Of a stretch of 64,000 nucleotides of DNA, positions 10,263-19,028 are shown piece by piece. Position 1 is the first letter of the stretch; the number at the start of each line of letters is the position of its first letter. The position numbers and the translations under genes are program-made. This DNA comes from an uncultured delta proteobacterium (GTDB lineage Bacteria > Desulfobacterota > DSM-4660 > Desulfatiglandales > HGW-15), in the NCBI GenBank assembly GCA_963707125.1, contig CAVPOU010000004.1:511234-575233 (forward strand), read 5' to 3'. The notes below the pieces were generated by a model. The model searched no databases, was not told the origin of the DNA, and was given only the letters and a program-made list of their open reading frames with translations.

Positions 10263-10478
10263 TCACTTAGGGGCTTTTTTCCCTCTTGACTTACCCTCGC
10301 TTTGCTCGCTCGCCCAATCGCCGGACATGGCCCCCGTTTTTCTCCTGTCCGTGACTGATCTTCGCTCTTTTCCGCTTCTTCGCTCCTCCCCTCCACTCAT
10401 GAAATAGCCGAGGTGATAAGCTTTTCGCCGATCGCTCCCCGAGCGTCTGTCTATGGACGACCGAGTTTTCTGGGCCAC
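10263..10478 (-). CDS. Small Arg-rich protein with (D/E)RR repeats
   Basis: GTG start with GGAG 8 nt upstream. Repeats IDRRSGSDRRK / EERRSGKERRS / VTDRRK. No family recognised. Confidence 0.4.
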   Translation of the reverse strand: MAQKTRSSIDRRSGSDRRKAYHLGYFMSGGEERRSGKERRSVTDRRKTGAMSGDWASEQSEGKSRGKKAPK

Positions 10479-10529
10479 AGCGGATCTCCTATGCCCCTTT
10501 CCTGAAATGGACTTCAGTGCTCATCTTAT

Positions 10530-10549
10530 TGGTGCGCCCAGGGTGATTC
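10530..10549 (-). repeat. 20-nt duplicate of the tRNA-Arg 3' end
   Basis: tggtgcgcccagggtgattc at 10530-10549 is identical to 10625-10644. Confidence 0.9.
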
Positions 10550-10624
10550 CCTTCGACAAGCTCAGGGCAAGCTCACCCATCACTCGTTGAAAGGTTTCGG
10601 AACTAGCCGCGACTACAAATTAAC

Positions 10625-10701
10625 TGGTGCGCCCAGGGTGATTCGAACACCCGACCTACGGATTCGTAGTCCGTTGCTCTATCCAACTGAGCTATGGGCG
10701 C
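10625..10701 (-). tRNA. tRNA-Arg (anticodon ACG)
   Basis: The reverse complement folds as a cloverleaf: acceptor GCGCCCA/TGGGCGC, D stem GCTC/GAGC, anticodon stem ACGGA/TCCGT with loop CTACGAA, T arm GGGTG-TTCGAAT-CACCC, and an encoded CCA. Confidence 0.95.
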
Positions 10702-10871
10702 AGCATAGCCGAAACCAAATCCAAAGCACTAAATCCGAAATCCGAAACAAATTCAAATGACCAAAACCAGTTGAAACCCAAGCGGGAGAAAACGCTTAAG
10801 AGGATTTCGAGGCATACACCATTTGGAGTACAAAGGCATTATAAACCTGGGATGCAGGATATCCAGCTTTT

Positions 10872-11672
10872 TTATGCCTTTCGGTATCCTCTGGGCGCGG
10901 GCTGACCGTCTACATAAACACGCATTTGCTCATCAAGAGCAAAACGCCCTCTTGCGATCATCTCAATAGTCAGGGGGAAGATCTTCCAGTCCCCGGCTTC
11001 TTTAAGCTGGTTCTGATGCTCTTCAGCAACTCTGAGCAGTTTTTCCCTGTCAGAAGCCAGGGATTCCAGGGGTTCAGGAAGTCGGACCTTAACAGGGTCG
11101 GAAACCATCAGGAGAGGGCCGGTGTCCACGCCCCTATCCGTCCAGATGGTCGAAGATCGCAAAAGGCTCTCTCCGGCGGCAATGGCATCGACCACCGCGT
11201 TGTCTCCCGCGTATTTCCGTTTCCCTTTTGCGTTCAGGACGGATAGATCAGCGGGATGGACATTGATGCACCGGTCCAGGGTCAGGTAACTCATATATCC
11301 TCCGAGAGCGATCACGTCCACCTCAAAGGCTTTGACAAGGGTACCAGCCATCCGATCAAACTCCCGCCTGGCTTCAAACCCTTCCGGTGTTGTCACCGTC
11401 CTCTTCAGTGCTTTGAGTCGGTGGAAGGTCCGTATGTCATAGCTCACGTAAGGGATGCCTGTATCACAGGCGATGCTTTCTCCATAACATGACCCATCGG
11501 ACCGATCACTGAAAATGAACACGACTTCAAAAGGAGAGACCCCGTCCCTTGATTTGAGAAGCTTTTCTCTCTCAATAAGTTTGAGGATATTTGTGCCGGA
11601 TCCGGACATGAACCCGGCGACTCTCATTGGACGCCCTGCTCCTTCAGGATCAAAAATGGGAGTTGTGGCCAT
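10872..11672 (-). CDS. Formyltransferase-family protein (PurN-like N-terminal domain)
   Basis: Motifs SGSGTNILKL, VIALGGYM and INVHPADLS. Start set to ATG 11672, which has GGAGG 8 nt upstream; the track start at 11693 is a TTG. Confidence 0.6.
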   Translation of the reverse strand: MATTPIFDPEGAGRPMRVAGFMSGSGTNILKLIEREKLLKSRDGVSPFEVVFIFSDRSDGSCYGESIACDTGIPYVSYDIRTFHRLKALKRTVTTPEGFEARREFDRMAGTLVKAFEVDVIALGGYMSYLTLDRCINVHPADLSVLNAKGKRKYAGDNAVVDAIAAGESLLRSSTIWTDRGVDTGPLLMVSDPVKVRLPEPLESLASDREKLLRVAEEHQNQLKEAGDWKIFPLTIEMIARGRFALDEQMRVYVDGQPAPRGYRKA

Positions 11673-11949
11673 AGCGGCTACCTCCGAAGTCAATTGGAAG
11701 AGAGACGAACATTTTCAAACAACATCAAGACAGAGGGTTCAAGGTCTTTACAGCCGGAGGTCCCTCTTTCCGTTTGACAATCCCCGGGCTTTTCTTGATA
11801 TTCGGCTTCAGGATTCAGGAAGATCAATCGTTTCAACATCCGATAGTTTTGGAATTTATATCGCAAAGTTCCAAGATGATCAACATAAAGCTTCAAGAGG
11901 TGAACAAGTTTTGTGGCAGCGTGCAAAATTCTCCAGGAGGTGAGTCATT

Positions 11950-12291
11950 ATGATCGTTAGAAATTTGAATGACAGAGAGGTTGTAGAGACCACATACCTT
12001 GCCCACGGCGGGGCCATAGCGCAGATGATCTTGGATCGCAGGATTCTCAAAGAAATAGGTTTTCTAGCGGTTGCAAAGCTGGAAAGGGGAAGGACCATAG
12101 AAAGTCATAGAGATCCTATGGAGGAAATATACTTCGTCTTGAGCGGGGAGGGGGAGATGTCCGTGGATGAGGAGACGAGGCATGTACGTCCCGGCGACGC
12201 CACCTGGATTCCCACAGGATCGGCTCACAGTCTTACGAACTCGTCAGAACAAGATCTCCTCATCCTGGTGGTTGCCTCTTCAAACTGGTGA
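11950..12291 (+). CDS. Cupin domain protein
   Basis: 113 aa with two cupin motifs (ESHRDPMEEIYFVLSGEG ... PGDATWIPTGSAHSL). GGAGG precedes the ATG. Confidence 0.75.
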   Translation: MIVRNLNDREVVETTYLAHGGAIAQMILDRRILKEIGFLAVAKLERGRTIESHRDPMEEIYFVLSGEGEMSVDEETRHVRPGDATWIPTGSAHSLTNSSEQDLLILVVASSNW

Positions 12292-12597
12292 GTAACGTTC
12301 AGAAGGGTTTGCATGGGACCGCCATACCTGGACAGGGCTGGGACCTTTTCTTGCGTTCCAAGTCTCCCGGGCTGGTCTTTTCTACGACTTACCTGCGAGG
12401 GAAACTTGCCCCCTCCACCGTTCCCCTCGCGTGCGCTCGGGGCCGGGGCTTCCCCCACAGATAAGTCGTGAAAAGACAGCGCCCTCCCGCCGGTCACTCC
12501 AGAAAAGGCCCCAGCCCTGTCCGACGTTTGGCTCGTTGCAAGAGATCCCTTTTGTTTAAGCCCATGTAAACACTTTTGAACGTTGCCAACTGGTGAG
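12283..12597. mobile_element. Fold-back MITE (~295 bp) with 23-25-bp imperfect terminal inverted repeats and 10-bp direct duplication AACTGGTGAG
   Basis: The direct repeats lie at 12283-12292 and 12588-12597. The left TIR TAACGTTCAGAAGGGTTTGCATG (12293-12315) matches the reverse complement of 12563-12587 (GGCAACGTTCAAAAGTGTTTACATG) at 19 of 22 aligned positions. Internal inverted blocks also pair: ggacagggctgggaccttttct / agaaaaggccccagccctgtcc. Confidence 0.8.
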
Positions 12598-12685
12598 ATG
12601 AAATCGACTCAGTTCTATTGGATCGATGAAAAAGAAGTTAGGATTATAAGTATGCTTAACTGTGAATAATTATTGACGAAATGTA

Positions 12686-12713
12686 TTGACAAATATTCTA
12701 TTTTATATATAAT
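12686..12713 (+). promoter_or_regulatory. Sigma-70-type promoter TTGACA-N16-TATAAT ahead of the EPS locus
   Basis: TTGACA at 12686-12691 and TATAAT at 12708-12713, in an AT-rich stretch ~30 nt upstream of ATG 12744. Confidence 0.6.
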
Positions 12714-12743
12714 TTGACTAAACCTCTTGTGTCAGGATTTCCT

Positions 12744-13544
12744 ATGTATCTAGAACATTGGGGGCTGAAGGAATTCCCCTTTGAAAACGTTCCGGATCCT
12801 CGATTCTTCTATCTCTCCCATCATCATGAAGAGGCTTTGTCCCGGCTCCTCTATGCCGTCAAGATGAAGAAGGGTGGGGCCATGCTGTCAGGGGACATCG
12901 GATGCGGGAAGACTACTCTGACCAAAGTCTGCATCCAGGAGCTCGCCGGTGGCCGGTATGATATAAGCCTCATCGTAAACCCTAAGCTTGAGCCTTTGGA
13001 GTTTCTTCAGGAAGTTGTCTATCAATTAGGAATCTCAGACGTTCCGGATACCAAAGTAAAGTGCCTCAGGGTCTTGAATGAAAGAATGACTCAGAACATG
13101 AGGTCGAACAAAGAGACTCTGTTGATGGTCGACGAGGCTCAACTCCTGAATCATTCCACCCTGGAAGAGATCCGATTGCTTTTGAATGCTCAGTTAAATG
13201 ATCGATTTCTGATTACGATCATCCTCTTCGGACAACCGGAATTAAGAGAAAGAATCAAGGCGATCCAGCAAATCGATCAAAGGATTCCCATTAAGTACCA
13301 CCTGGCTCCTTTCGACATGGAAGATACAGCCCGCTATATTCTGTTCAGACTGAACAGGGCTGGAAGGGAGAAAAACACCCTTACGCGGCCGGCGATCGAA
13401 AAAATCTACGAGATATCCAAAGGAGTGCCAAGAAAAATAAACAATCTTAGCGACCTGGCCCTCTTGATCGGCTACAGCAAGAACCAAGAGATGGTCGACG
13501 TCGACATCGTGGAGACGATTATTCGAGATGGTGCGCTTCTCTGA
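12744..13544 (+). CDS. ExeA-like AAA ATPase (PEP-CTERM/EPS-locus type secretion ATPase)
   Basis: The N-terminus MYLEHWGLKEFPFENVPDPRFFY is typical of the ExeA family. Walker A is GDIGCGKTTL and Walker B is LLMVDEAQ. The track's TTG start at 12714 abuts the -10 box and was rejected. Confidence 0.8.
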   Translation: MYLEHWGLKEFPFENVPDPRFFYLSHHHEEALSRLLYAVKMKKGGAMLSGDIGCGKTTLTKVCIQELAGGRYDISLIVNPKLEPLEFLQEVVYQLGISDVPDTKVKCLRVLNERMTQNMRSNKETLLMVDEAQLLNHSTLEEIRLLLNAQLNDRFLITIILFGQPELRERIKAIQQIDQRIPIKYHLAPFDMEDTARYILFRLNRAGREKNTLTRPAIEKIYEISKGVPRKINNLSDLALLIGYSKNQEMVDVDIVETIIRDGALL

Positions 13545-14583
13545 CATCAAGCAAATAAGGGATAGGACGTCCGCCCCAAGGGACAGTGCCCCGGCAAAGG
13601 ACGGAGAGGCCAGCCGGTTATGGCTGAGCGATACGCAGTTTTCAGAGCTCGGTAGGAAAGAGGACCGGACGCCTGAAGACATAAGCGCTGAGCGGGATTC
13701 CTCCGATGTGGCTGTGCTCTATGAGAAGTTCACGCGATCAGCGAAGGAGATCCAGGAAAAAGTGACAAGCGAACAGGGTGTCGCCTCCGCTCCCATTCTA
13801 GCGGATCTCCATACCGTCATTGACCGCGATCTTATCCAGCCTCTTTTCGAGCACGCGATGTCCAAGTCGGGAGACTGGAAAGACATGTCACTTCACAGTG
13901 TCGAGGTGACTCTGGCCGCTCTCATGGTGGGCAAAGGCATAGGCTATGACACAAAAAAGCTTCTGGAGATTGGGCTTGCTGCCTTACTAGAGAATGTGGG
14001 CATGTATCGGATCCCGGAAGGGATCCTTCAAAAGCCGACCAAGCTTGAGACAGAGGAAAGAGACCGCATCAGAGAACACCCTGAGATAAGTGCGAAGATC
14101 CTTTCTCGTCTCGGGGATCGGTATGAGTGGTTGGCTGAGGTCGCCTTGCAGGTGCATGAACGCGCGGACGGCTCAGGTTACCCAAGGGGGCTAAAAGGGT
14201 CTGAGATCTCTGAAATCGCTTCGATCATAGGCCTTGTCGATACCTATGTGGCCATGATCAGAAAAAGAGCGTATCGAGACGGAATCCTGCAACCGGATGC
14301 GATCCGATTCATCCTCAAGGAGGCAAAGGTCCAGTTTCAGCCCAAGATCCTCAAAGCCTTTCTGAATTCCATTTCTCTATTCCCTTACAATACCTATGTG
14401 AAACTGAACAACAAATCTGTTGGGAGAGTGATCTCTACGGACAGGAATCACCCATTGCGTCCGATAGTCGAAGTCCTTTTTGACGGCTTGGGAAACAAAC
14501 CGGAGAGAAAGGAAATCGTCCGTTTATCAGAGAACCCTCTTCTCTACATCGTTCAAACGGTCGATGAGAAAGATCTGACATAG
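13528..14583 (+). CDS. HD-GYP domain protein with degenerate metal-binding residues
   Basis: HERADGSGYPRGL is present. The canonical LLHDIGK reads LLENVGM (13985-14005), and HHE reads VHE. The start overlaps the upstream stop. Confidence 0.75.
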   Translation: MVRFSDIKQIRDRTSAPRDSAPAKDGEASRLWLSDTQFSELGRKEDRTPEDISAERDSSDVAVLYEKFTRSAKEIQEKVTSEQGVASAPILADLHTVIDRDLIQPLFEHAMSKSGDWKDMSLHSVEVTLAALMVGKGIGYDTKKLLEIGLAALLENVGMYRIPEGILQKPTKLETEERDRIREHPEISAKILSRLGDRYEWLAEVALQVHERADGSGYPRGLKGSEISEIASIIGLVDTYVAMIRKRAYRDGILQPDAIRFILKEAKVQFQPKILKAFLNSISLFPYNTYVKLNNKSVGRVISTDRNHPLRPIVEVLFDGLGNKPERKEIVRLSENPLLYIVQTVDEKDLT

Positions 14584-14675
14584 AGCGTGCGGGGGGAGGT
14601 TCCCTGACACCGGATGGAAGCTCTGAAAGCGTCACCGAGTAGCTCCAATGACCATGCATAAGAGGAACAAAGCAT

Positions 14676-15851
14676 ATGTTTCAAGGCTTAAGAGACCCTG
14701 TGTTGAAACCCTTTCATGGAACAAGGGGTAGAAGCTTTTTTTTGTGGGTCCCCCTTTTCTTCTTCTTCCTTTTCAGCCTCTCCTCCTGTTCTTCATCCAC
14801 TGCCATCCAGGGAACACCGGTCAATGAAGTGGCCACTCTTCAGGACCGTGTCGAAGTGACCAGGTTGCAGACCGAGCAAAACCTTGAGGCCTTGGCCAGG
14901 ATGAGCCAGGTGAAAGAGAACAGCGTCTTTAAGACGGTGGCCGGAATCCCTGAATATCGCATCGGCTCAGGCGATATTCTTGAGATCAGCTCCTACAACG
15001 GGGACAAAGTGACGGCGACGACCGTGACCGTGGACAGCAGGGGAAGAATCTCTTACTCCTTCCTGGATCACTTGAAAGTGGACGGACTGACGTCCAGCGA
15101 AGTGGACGAGCTCTTGACCGTCAAACTCTCCGCCTATGTGAGAGCCCCGCGCGTCAGCGTGCAGGTGAAGGAGTTTAACAGTAAGAGCGCAAATCTCATA
15201 GGAGAATTTTCTTCGCTTAGAAACGTGAGTTATGGAAAGGGAGGCAGCGGCCGGATCAATCTCAAGGGAAAGACCCCTCTTACGGATCTGATCGCTCTTG
15301 GAGGGGGATACACGCTGAACGCGGACATTAAGAACGTCAAGCTTGTGAGGAAGGGGAAATCCTACCTCATCAACCTCTACGACATTATTGAAAAAGGCGA
15401 TGAAAACCAGAATGTGATCATCGACGAGGCGGACGTGGTGAACATTCCCGAACTCCCAACCTATGGAGAAAGAGTCTACGTCTTGGGAGAGGTATTCGGC
15501 CAGGGCATCTATGCGCTCAAAGAGGCTCAGGATCTCTTGGCTGCCCTAGCCCTGGCGGGAAATACCACCAGGCTGGCGAAAGAGGAGAACACCCTCATTG
15601 TGAGGGGATATGAGCCGGGGAAACCGCCCCTTGTCATGATGGCGGATGTGAAGTCTCTTTTGAGAAAAGCCGATATATCCCAGAACGTTCGTCTCAAGGA
15701 TGGGGATCTTGTGTATGTTCCGAGGATGCTGATCGGAGACATCAACGACTGGATCATCAACATGACGCCTCTGCTTAACTTGATTCTCTATCCGGGCGAG
15801 TTTGAGGACTATTATGCCGGGACCAGGGTTCTGCAGTATAACAAAAAATAG
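14676..15851 (+). CDS. Polysaccharide export outer-membrane lipoprotein (Wza-like)
   Basis: Signal peptide with lipobox LSSC. Poly_export-like segment EYRIGSGDILEI...VDGLTSSEVDELL...APRVSVQV. Confidence 0.8.
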   Translation: MFQGLRDPVLKPFHGTRGRSFFLWVPLFFFFLFSLSSCSSSTAIQGTPVNEVATLQDRVEVTRLQTEQNLEALARMSQVKENSVFKTVAGIPEYRIGSGDILEISSYNGDKVTATTVTVDSRGRISYSFLDHLKVDGLTSSEVDELLTVKLSAYVRAPRVSVQVKEFNSKSANLIGEFSSLRNVSYGKGGSGRINLKGKTPLTDLIALGGGYTLNADIKNVKLVRKGKSYLINLYDIIEKGDENQNVIIDEADVVNIPELPTYGERVYVLGEVFGQGIYALKEAQDLLAALALAGNTTRLAKEENTLIVRGYEPGKPPLVMMADVKSLLRKADISQNVRLKDGDLVYVPRMLIGDINDWIINMTPLLNLILYPGEFEDYYAGTRVLQYNKK

Positions 15852-15882
15852 CGCCACGTGATCCTTTACCAGGAGAGGCTCC

Positions 15883-18800
15883 TTGCCCCAGTACGATATC
15901 AACCTCAGAGAATACTGGCGTATTCTTAAGAAAAGAAAATTCATCGTTTTCTTTGTAGGGATCGTTCTGGGCGTCTTCAGCACCGCCTTTGCTGTTCTTA
16001 AAACTCCCACTCCGATTTACACTTCTGTGTGCAGCATCAAATTTGAAAAAGAAACCACGGTCGAAGGGCTCTACGCAAAGACCATCACCTGGTCAGGGGG
16101 CGATGACATTGAGACCCAGATCTCCGTCATCAAGAGCTTCACGATTTTTGAAAAAGTGGCTCAACGACTGGGTCTCATTCCGAAGGCAAGCGTGCCCGCA
16201 GGCAGTCCTGCCAAAGGCAATCTCGCCAGAGTCGTTGATAATCTTCAATCCAAAGTTGAAGTCACCCGGCAAGGGATGACCAACATTCTCAACATCCAGG
16301 TAAAGGATGCGGAACCTGCTTTTGCCCAGAAACTTGCGAACACCGTTGCAGCGACCTACAAGGACCTCCATTCGGAGGTGCAGATGAAGCGGACCCTCGA
16401 TGCCATAAAATACATTGAAGATCAGCTGGTCCAGGTCAGGCAGAGACTCCGCGAGGCGGAAGAAGAGTTCAATCGATTTACCCAGAACAATCAACTTCTT
16501 TCAGTCGACATCCAAAGCGAGAAGCTTCTTTCAAGGTCACAGGATGTGCAGAATGAAATCCGGAGGCTGGTTGAAAACAAAGGGGAACTCCAGAGCATGG
16601 CGGCTCGCCTGGACAAATTCATTGCAAACCCTTCCGTCCAGGGCAACTTCTATTCCGCCAAAGCAAGCCCCCAGTATCAGTCGGCCAATGACACTCTTAC
16701 GGAGCTTCAGCTCCGCAGAGAAACCCTCTTGAAGGATTTTACTCCTCTTCATCCGGAAGTCGTGGATGTGGGACGGAAAATTCTTGAGGGTGCGCGGAAA
16801 ATGAGGCTTCTTCTCCTGTCTCAAATTGGAGACCTTGAAAAACAGGAAGGGGACGCAAGGAGCGAGCTTCAGGAGCTCGACAGAAAGTCCAGCGCCCTGA
16901 TGGAGAAAAAACTGGAATATGATCGTCTGAAAAGGAAGGTAGAGCTCTACAACGACATGACCACGCTCCTGGAGCGGAAAAACCAGGAGGCTTTGATCAA
17001 GAAAGCTGAGAAACCGGAAGAAGTGACGGTTGTCAAACAGGCTCTTTTCCCCACGGAGCCGATCAATCCTCCGAAAACTGCGACCACAGGAGCCATGGGG
17101 CTGATCATCGGTCTGGTTCTGGGGCTGATTGCCGCATTCGTTGTCGAAACTTTTGATACGTCCATTGGAGCCATTGAGGATGTGGAGGAGACTCTCAAGA
17201 CGCGGGTCCTGGGGGTCATCCCTCAAGCGGATGCCAAGGAGGTGCATGAAAGCTTCAAAGGAAAACTCCCTGAGGGTATGGAAGTGCTTTCTCCTGCCCA
17301 GATGGTGAATATGGTGGCCCACTATGCTCCCAAGAGCATGATGGCCGAGAGCTTCCGGGGATTGAGAACCAATATTCAGTTCAAAGACACTGAGAATGAA
17401 ATCAAAACGATCGCCGTGACGAGCGCTTCTCCTCAGGAAGGGAAGACGCTCGTTTCCGTCAACCTGGCGATCACCATGGCTCAGGCGGGGTTGAAGACGC
17501 TTCTGATCGGGTCGGATATGAGAAAGCCGATGATCGCCAGAGTGTTCGGCGTCGAGCAGACCCCAGGCCTTTCCGAGATCCTTTTGGGGAACTCCCCTTG
17601 GCGCGATGCCGTCCAGACGGTTACAGATATGATTGTCGGGAAAATGTCTCTGGATGAGGTGCTGCTGACCCCCGGGCTCGACAATCTGCACCTTATTGCG
17701 GCCGGATCCATTCCCCCGAATCCTGCGGAACTCGTGGAGTCGAAACGCCTCAAGGAATTCATCGAAGAAGCAGAGAGCGAGTACGATCTCATCCTGTTCG
17801 ATTCTCCTCCGATTCTGTCAACCGCCGATGCGGCGATTCTCGGCTCGAAGATGGACGGCGTCCTTTTCGTCTACCGCCTTGGAACGGTGTCCAGAGGCTT
17901 GCTGAAGAGATCGACGGCCCAGCTTGAGCAGGTGAATTGTCGTATCTTGGGTGTCATTCTCAATGGGATGAAGCCGGAGGTCAGTCCGGATTTTCACAAT
18001 TTCAAGTATTACAAGTATTACTCCTCTTATGGCGAGGAAGGGAAAAAGGGAGAAAAACCCAAGAAAGGCCTCCCCTTCTTCAGAGAGAACCCGATCTCTT
18101 CGTGGGGAAGGACAAAAAAGGCAAGGAAGAGCAAGAAGTCCATCATGACCTCCTCCCTTGCGGCTGTGGGTCTCATCCTTCTTGCGGGTGGCCTTCTCTG
18201 GCAGTTTGGGATCATTGATCCCCTGAAGATGCTGGATTCAGCAAGGCCGACCGCAGGCAAGAACGCACAATCGCTTAAGCAGAAAGTCCCCCCAAAAACG
18301 TCCCCTCAACTCCCGTCTTCCCCGCCCCCCTCCCAGGTGAAAGAAGAAAGCGCGAAAACCCTGGTGACGAAAGGCCCTGGGGCGGAAGCGAAACAGGAGC
18401 CTGCGCCGGAAGTTAAGGTCCAGGTCGTTGTGGAGAACTCGGTGCAGGAAGCCAGATCGCCTGCCCCAGCCACAAAGCTGGCGGTTGAGAAGAAGGTGAT
18501 CTCTGAGGAGAAAGCCAGGGAGAGCACTCCGGTCCTTCAGGGTGAGTACCCCTATTCGATTTATCTCAGCTCCTTGAAGACTCTGGACCAGGCAAAGAAA
18601 GCAGTTTCCGTCTATGCCAAGAAAGGAATCACGTCCTACTGGGTGAAAGTCAATTTCAAAGAAAAGGGCGAGTGGTACAGGATCTACGCGGGTCATTTCA
18701 AGGATCGAGAAGAGGCTGAGAGTTTCTCACGAGCCCACGAGATAACCGAAACAAAGCCCCTGAAAACCGAGTATGCCAACCTCGTTGGAGTTTATTCTCA

Positions 18801-18984
18801 ATTGAGGGACTTTGATGGCAAGGTCAAAGCCATTTCAGATCTCGGCTACTCTTCTTATGTGGTCAAAGGAAACGATGGGAAATTAAAACTGCTCGTGGGC
18901 ACCTATGTGACGGAAGAAGCCGCCGAGCAGCAGCGTCAGGATCTTATGGCCAGGGGAATTGAAAACCGGGTCATTAAACGTTAA
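15883..18984 (+). CDS. Polysaccharide co-polymerase / BY-tyrosine kinase (Wzc-like) fused to a third TM, Pro-rich linker and two SPOR domains
   Basis: TTG start after AGGAGAGG. The N-terminus is Wzz-like, with 2 TM segments and a coiled coil. Kinase motifs: P-loop SASPQEGKT, LLIGSDMRKP, LILFDSPP. Tyr cluster FKYYKYYSSY at 18001-18030 and a TM at ~18130-18215. SPOR-like repeats YSIYLSS...WYRIYAGHFKDREEAE and YANLVGVY...KLLVGTYVTEEAAE. Confidence 0.85.
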   Translation: MPQYDINLREYWRILKKRKFIVFFVGIVLGVFSTAFAVLKTPTPIYTSVCSIKFEKETTVEGLYAKTITWSGGDDIETQISVIKSFTIFEKVAQRLGLIPKASVPAGSPAKGNLARVVDNLQSKVEVTRQGMTNILNIQVKDAEPAFAQKLANTVAATYKDLHSEVQMKRTLDAIKYIEDQLVQVRQRLREAEEEFNRFTQNNQLLSVDIQSEKLLSRSQDVQNEIRRLVENKGELQSMAARLDKFIANPSVQGNFYSAKASPQYQSANDTLTELQLRRETLLKDFTPLHPEVVDVGRKILEGARKMRLLLLSQIGDLEKQEGDARSELQELDRKSSALMEKKLEYDRLKRKVELYNDMTTLLERKNQEALIKKAEKPEEVTVVKQALFPTEPINPPKTATTGAMGLIIGLVLGLIAAFVVETFDTSIGAIEDVEETLKTRVLGVIPQADAKEVHESFKGKLPEGMEVLSPAQMVNMVAHYAPKSMMAESFRGLRTNIQFKDTENEIKTIAVTSASPQEGKTLVSVNLAITMAQAGLKTLLIGSDMRKPMIARVFGVEQTPGLSEILLGNSPWRDAVQTVTDMIVGKMSLDEVLLTPGLDNLHLIAAGSIPPNPAELVESKRLKEFIEEAESEYDLILFDSPPILSTADAAILGSKMDGVLFVYRLGTVSRGLLKRSTAQLEQVNCRILGVILNGMKPEVSPDFHNFKYYKYYSSYGEEGKKGEKPKKGLPFFRENPISSWGRTKKARKSKKSIMTSSLAAVGLILLAGGLLWQFGIIDPLKMLDSARPTAGKNAQSLKQKVPPKTSPQLPSSPPPSQVKEESAKTLVTKGPGAEAKQEPAPEVKVQVVVENSVQEARSPAPATKLAVEKKVISEEKARESTPVLQGEYPYSIYLSSLKTLDQAKKAVSVYAKKGITSYWVKVNFKEKGEWYRIYAGHFKDREEAESFSRAHEITETKPLKTEYANLVGVYSQLRDFDGKVKAISDLGYSSYVVKGNDGKLKLLVGTYVTEEAAEQQRQDLMARGIENRVIKR

Positions 18985-19028
18985 CCATCATGTCTTGAGT
19001 CTCCTTCCTGAGGGATCATTATCCACCC

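Noticed and set aside
10095-10289. 10095-10289 as an independent 64-aa gene
   Set aside because: The stretch that matters is the third frame ending at 10236, the displaced SPASM C-terminus of the radical SAM gene. The tracked ORF itself is not protein-like.
10479-10871. Integrated prophage/genomic island at tRNA-Arg
   Set aside because: Only a 20-nt duplicate 75 bp away is present. There is no integrase or cargo on either side within the window.
12225-12497. ORFs translated across repeat elements (12225-12497, 21090-21773, 21356-21955, 23724-24356, 31733-32065, 57538-58047, 44007-44321, 62233-62511)
   Set aside because: They run through MITE, hairpin or array sequence and antisense gene ends. 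Their peptides are the periodic read-through products of the repeats.
12714-12743. TTG start at 12714 for the ExeA-like gene
   Set aside because: It directly abuts the TATAAT box at 12708-12713. The family-typical N-terminus begins at ATG 12744.
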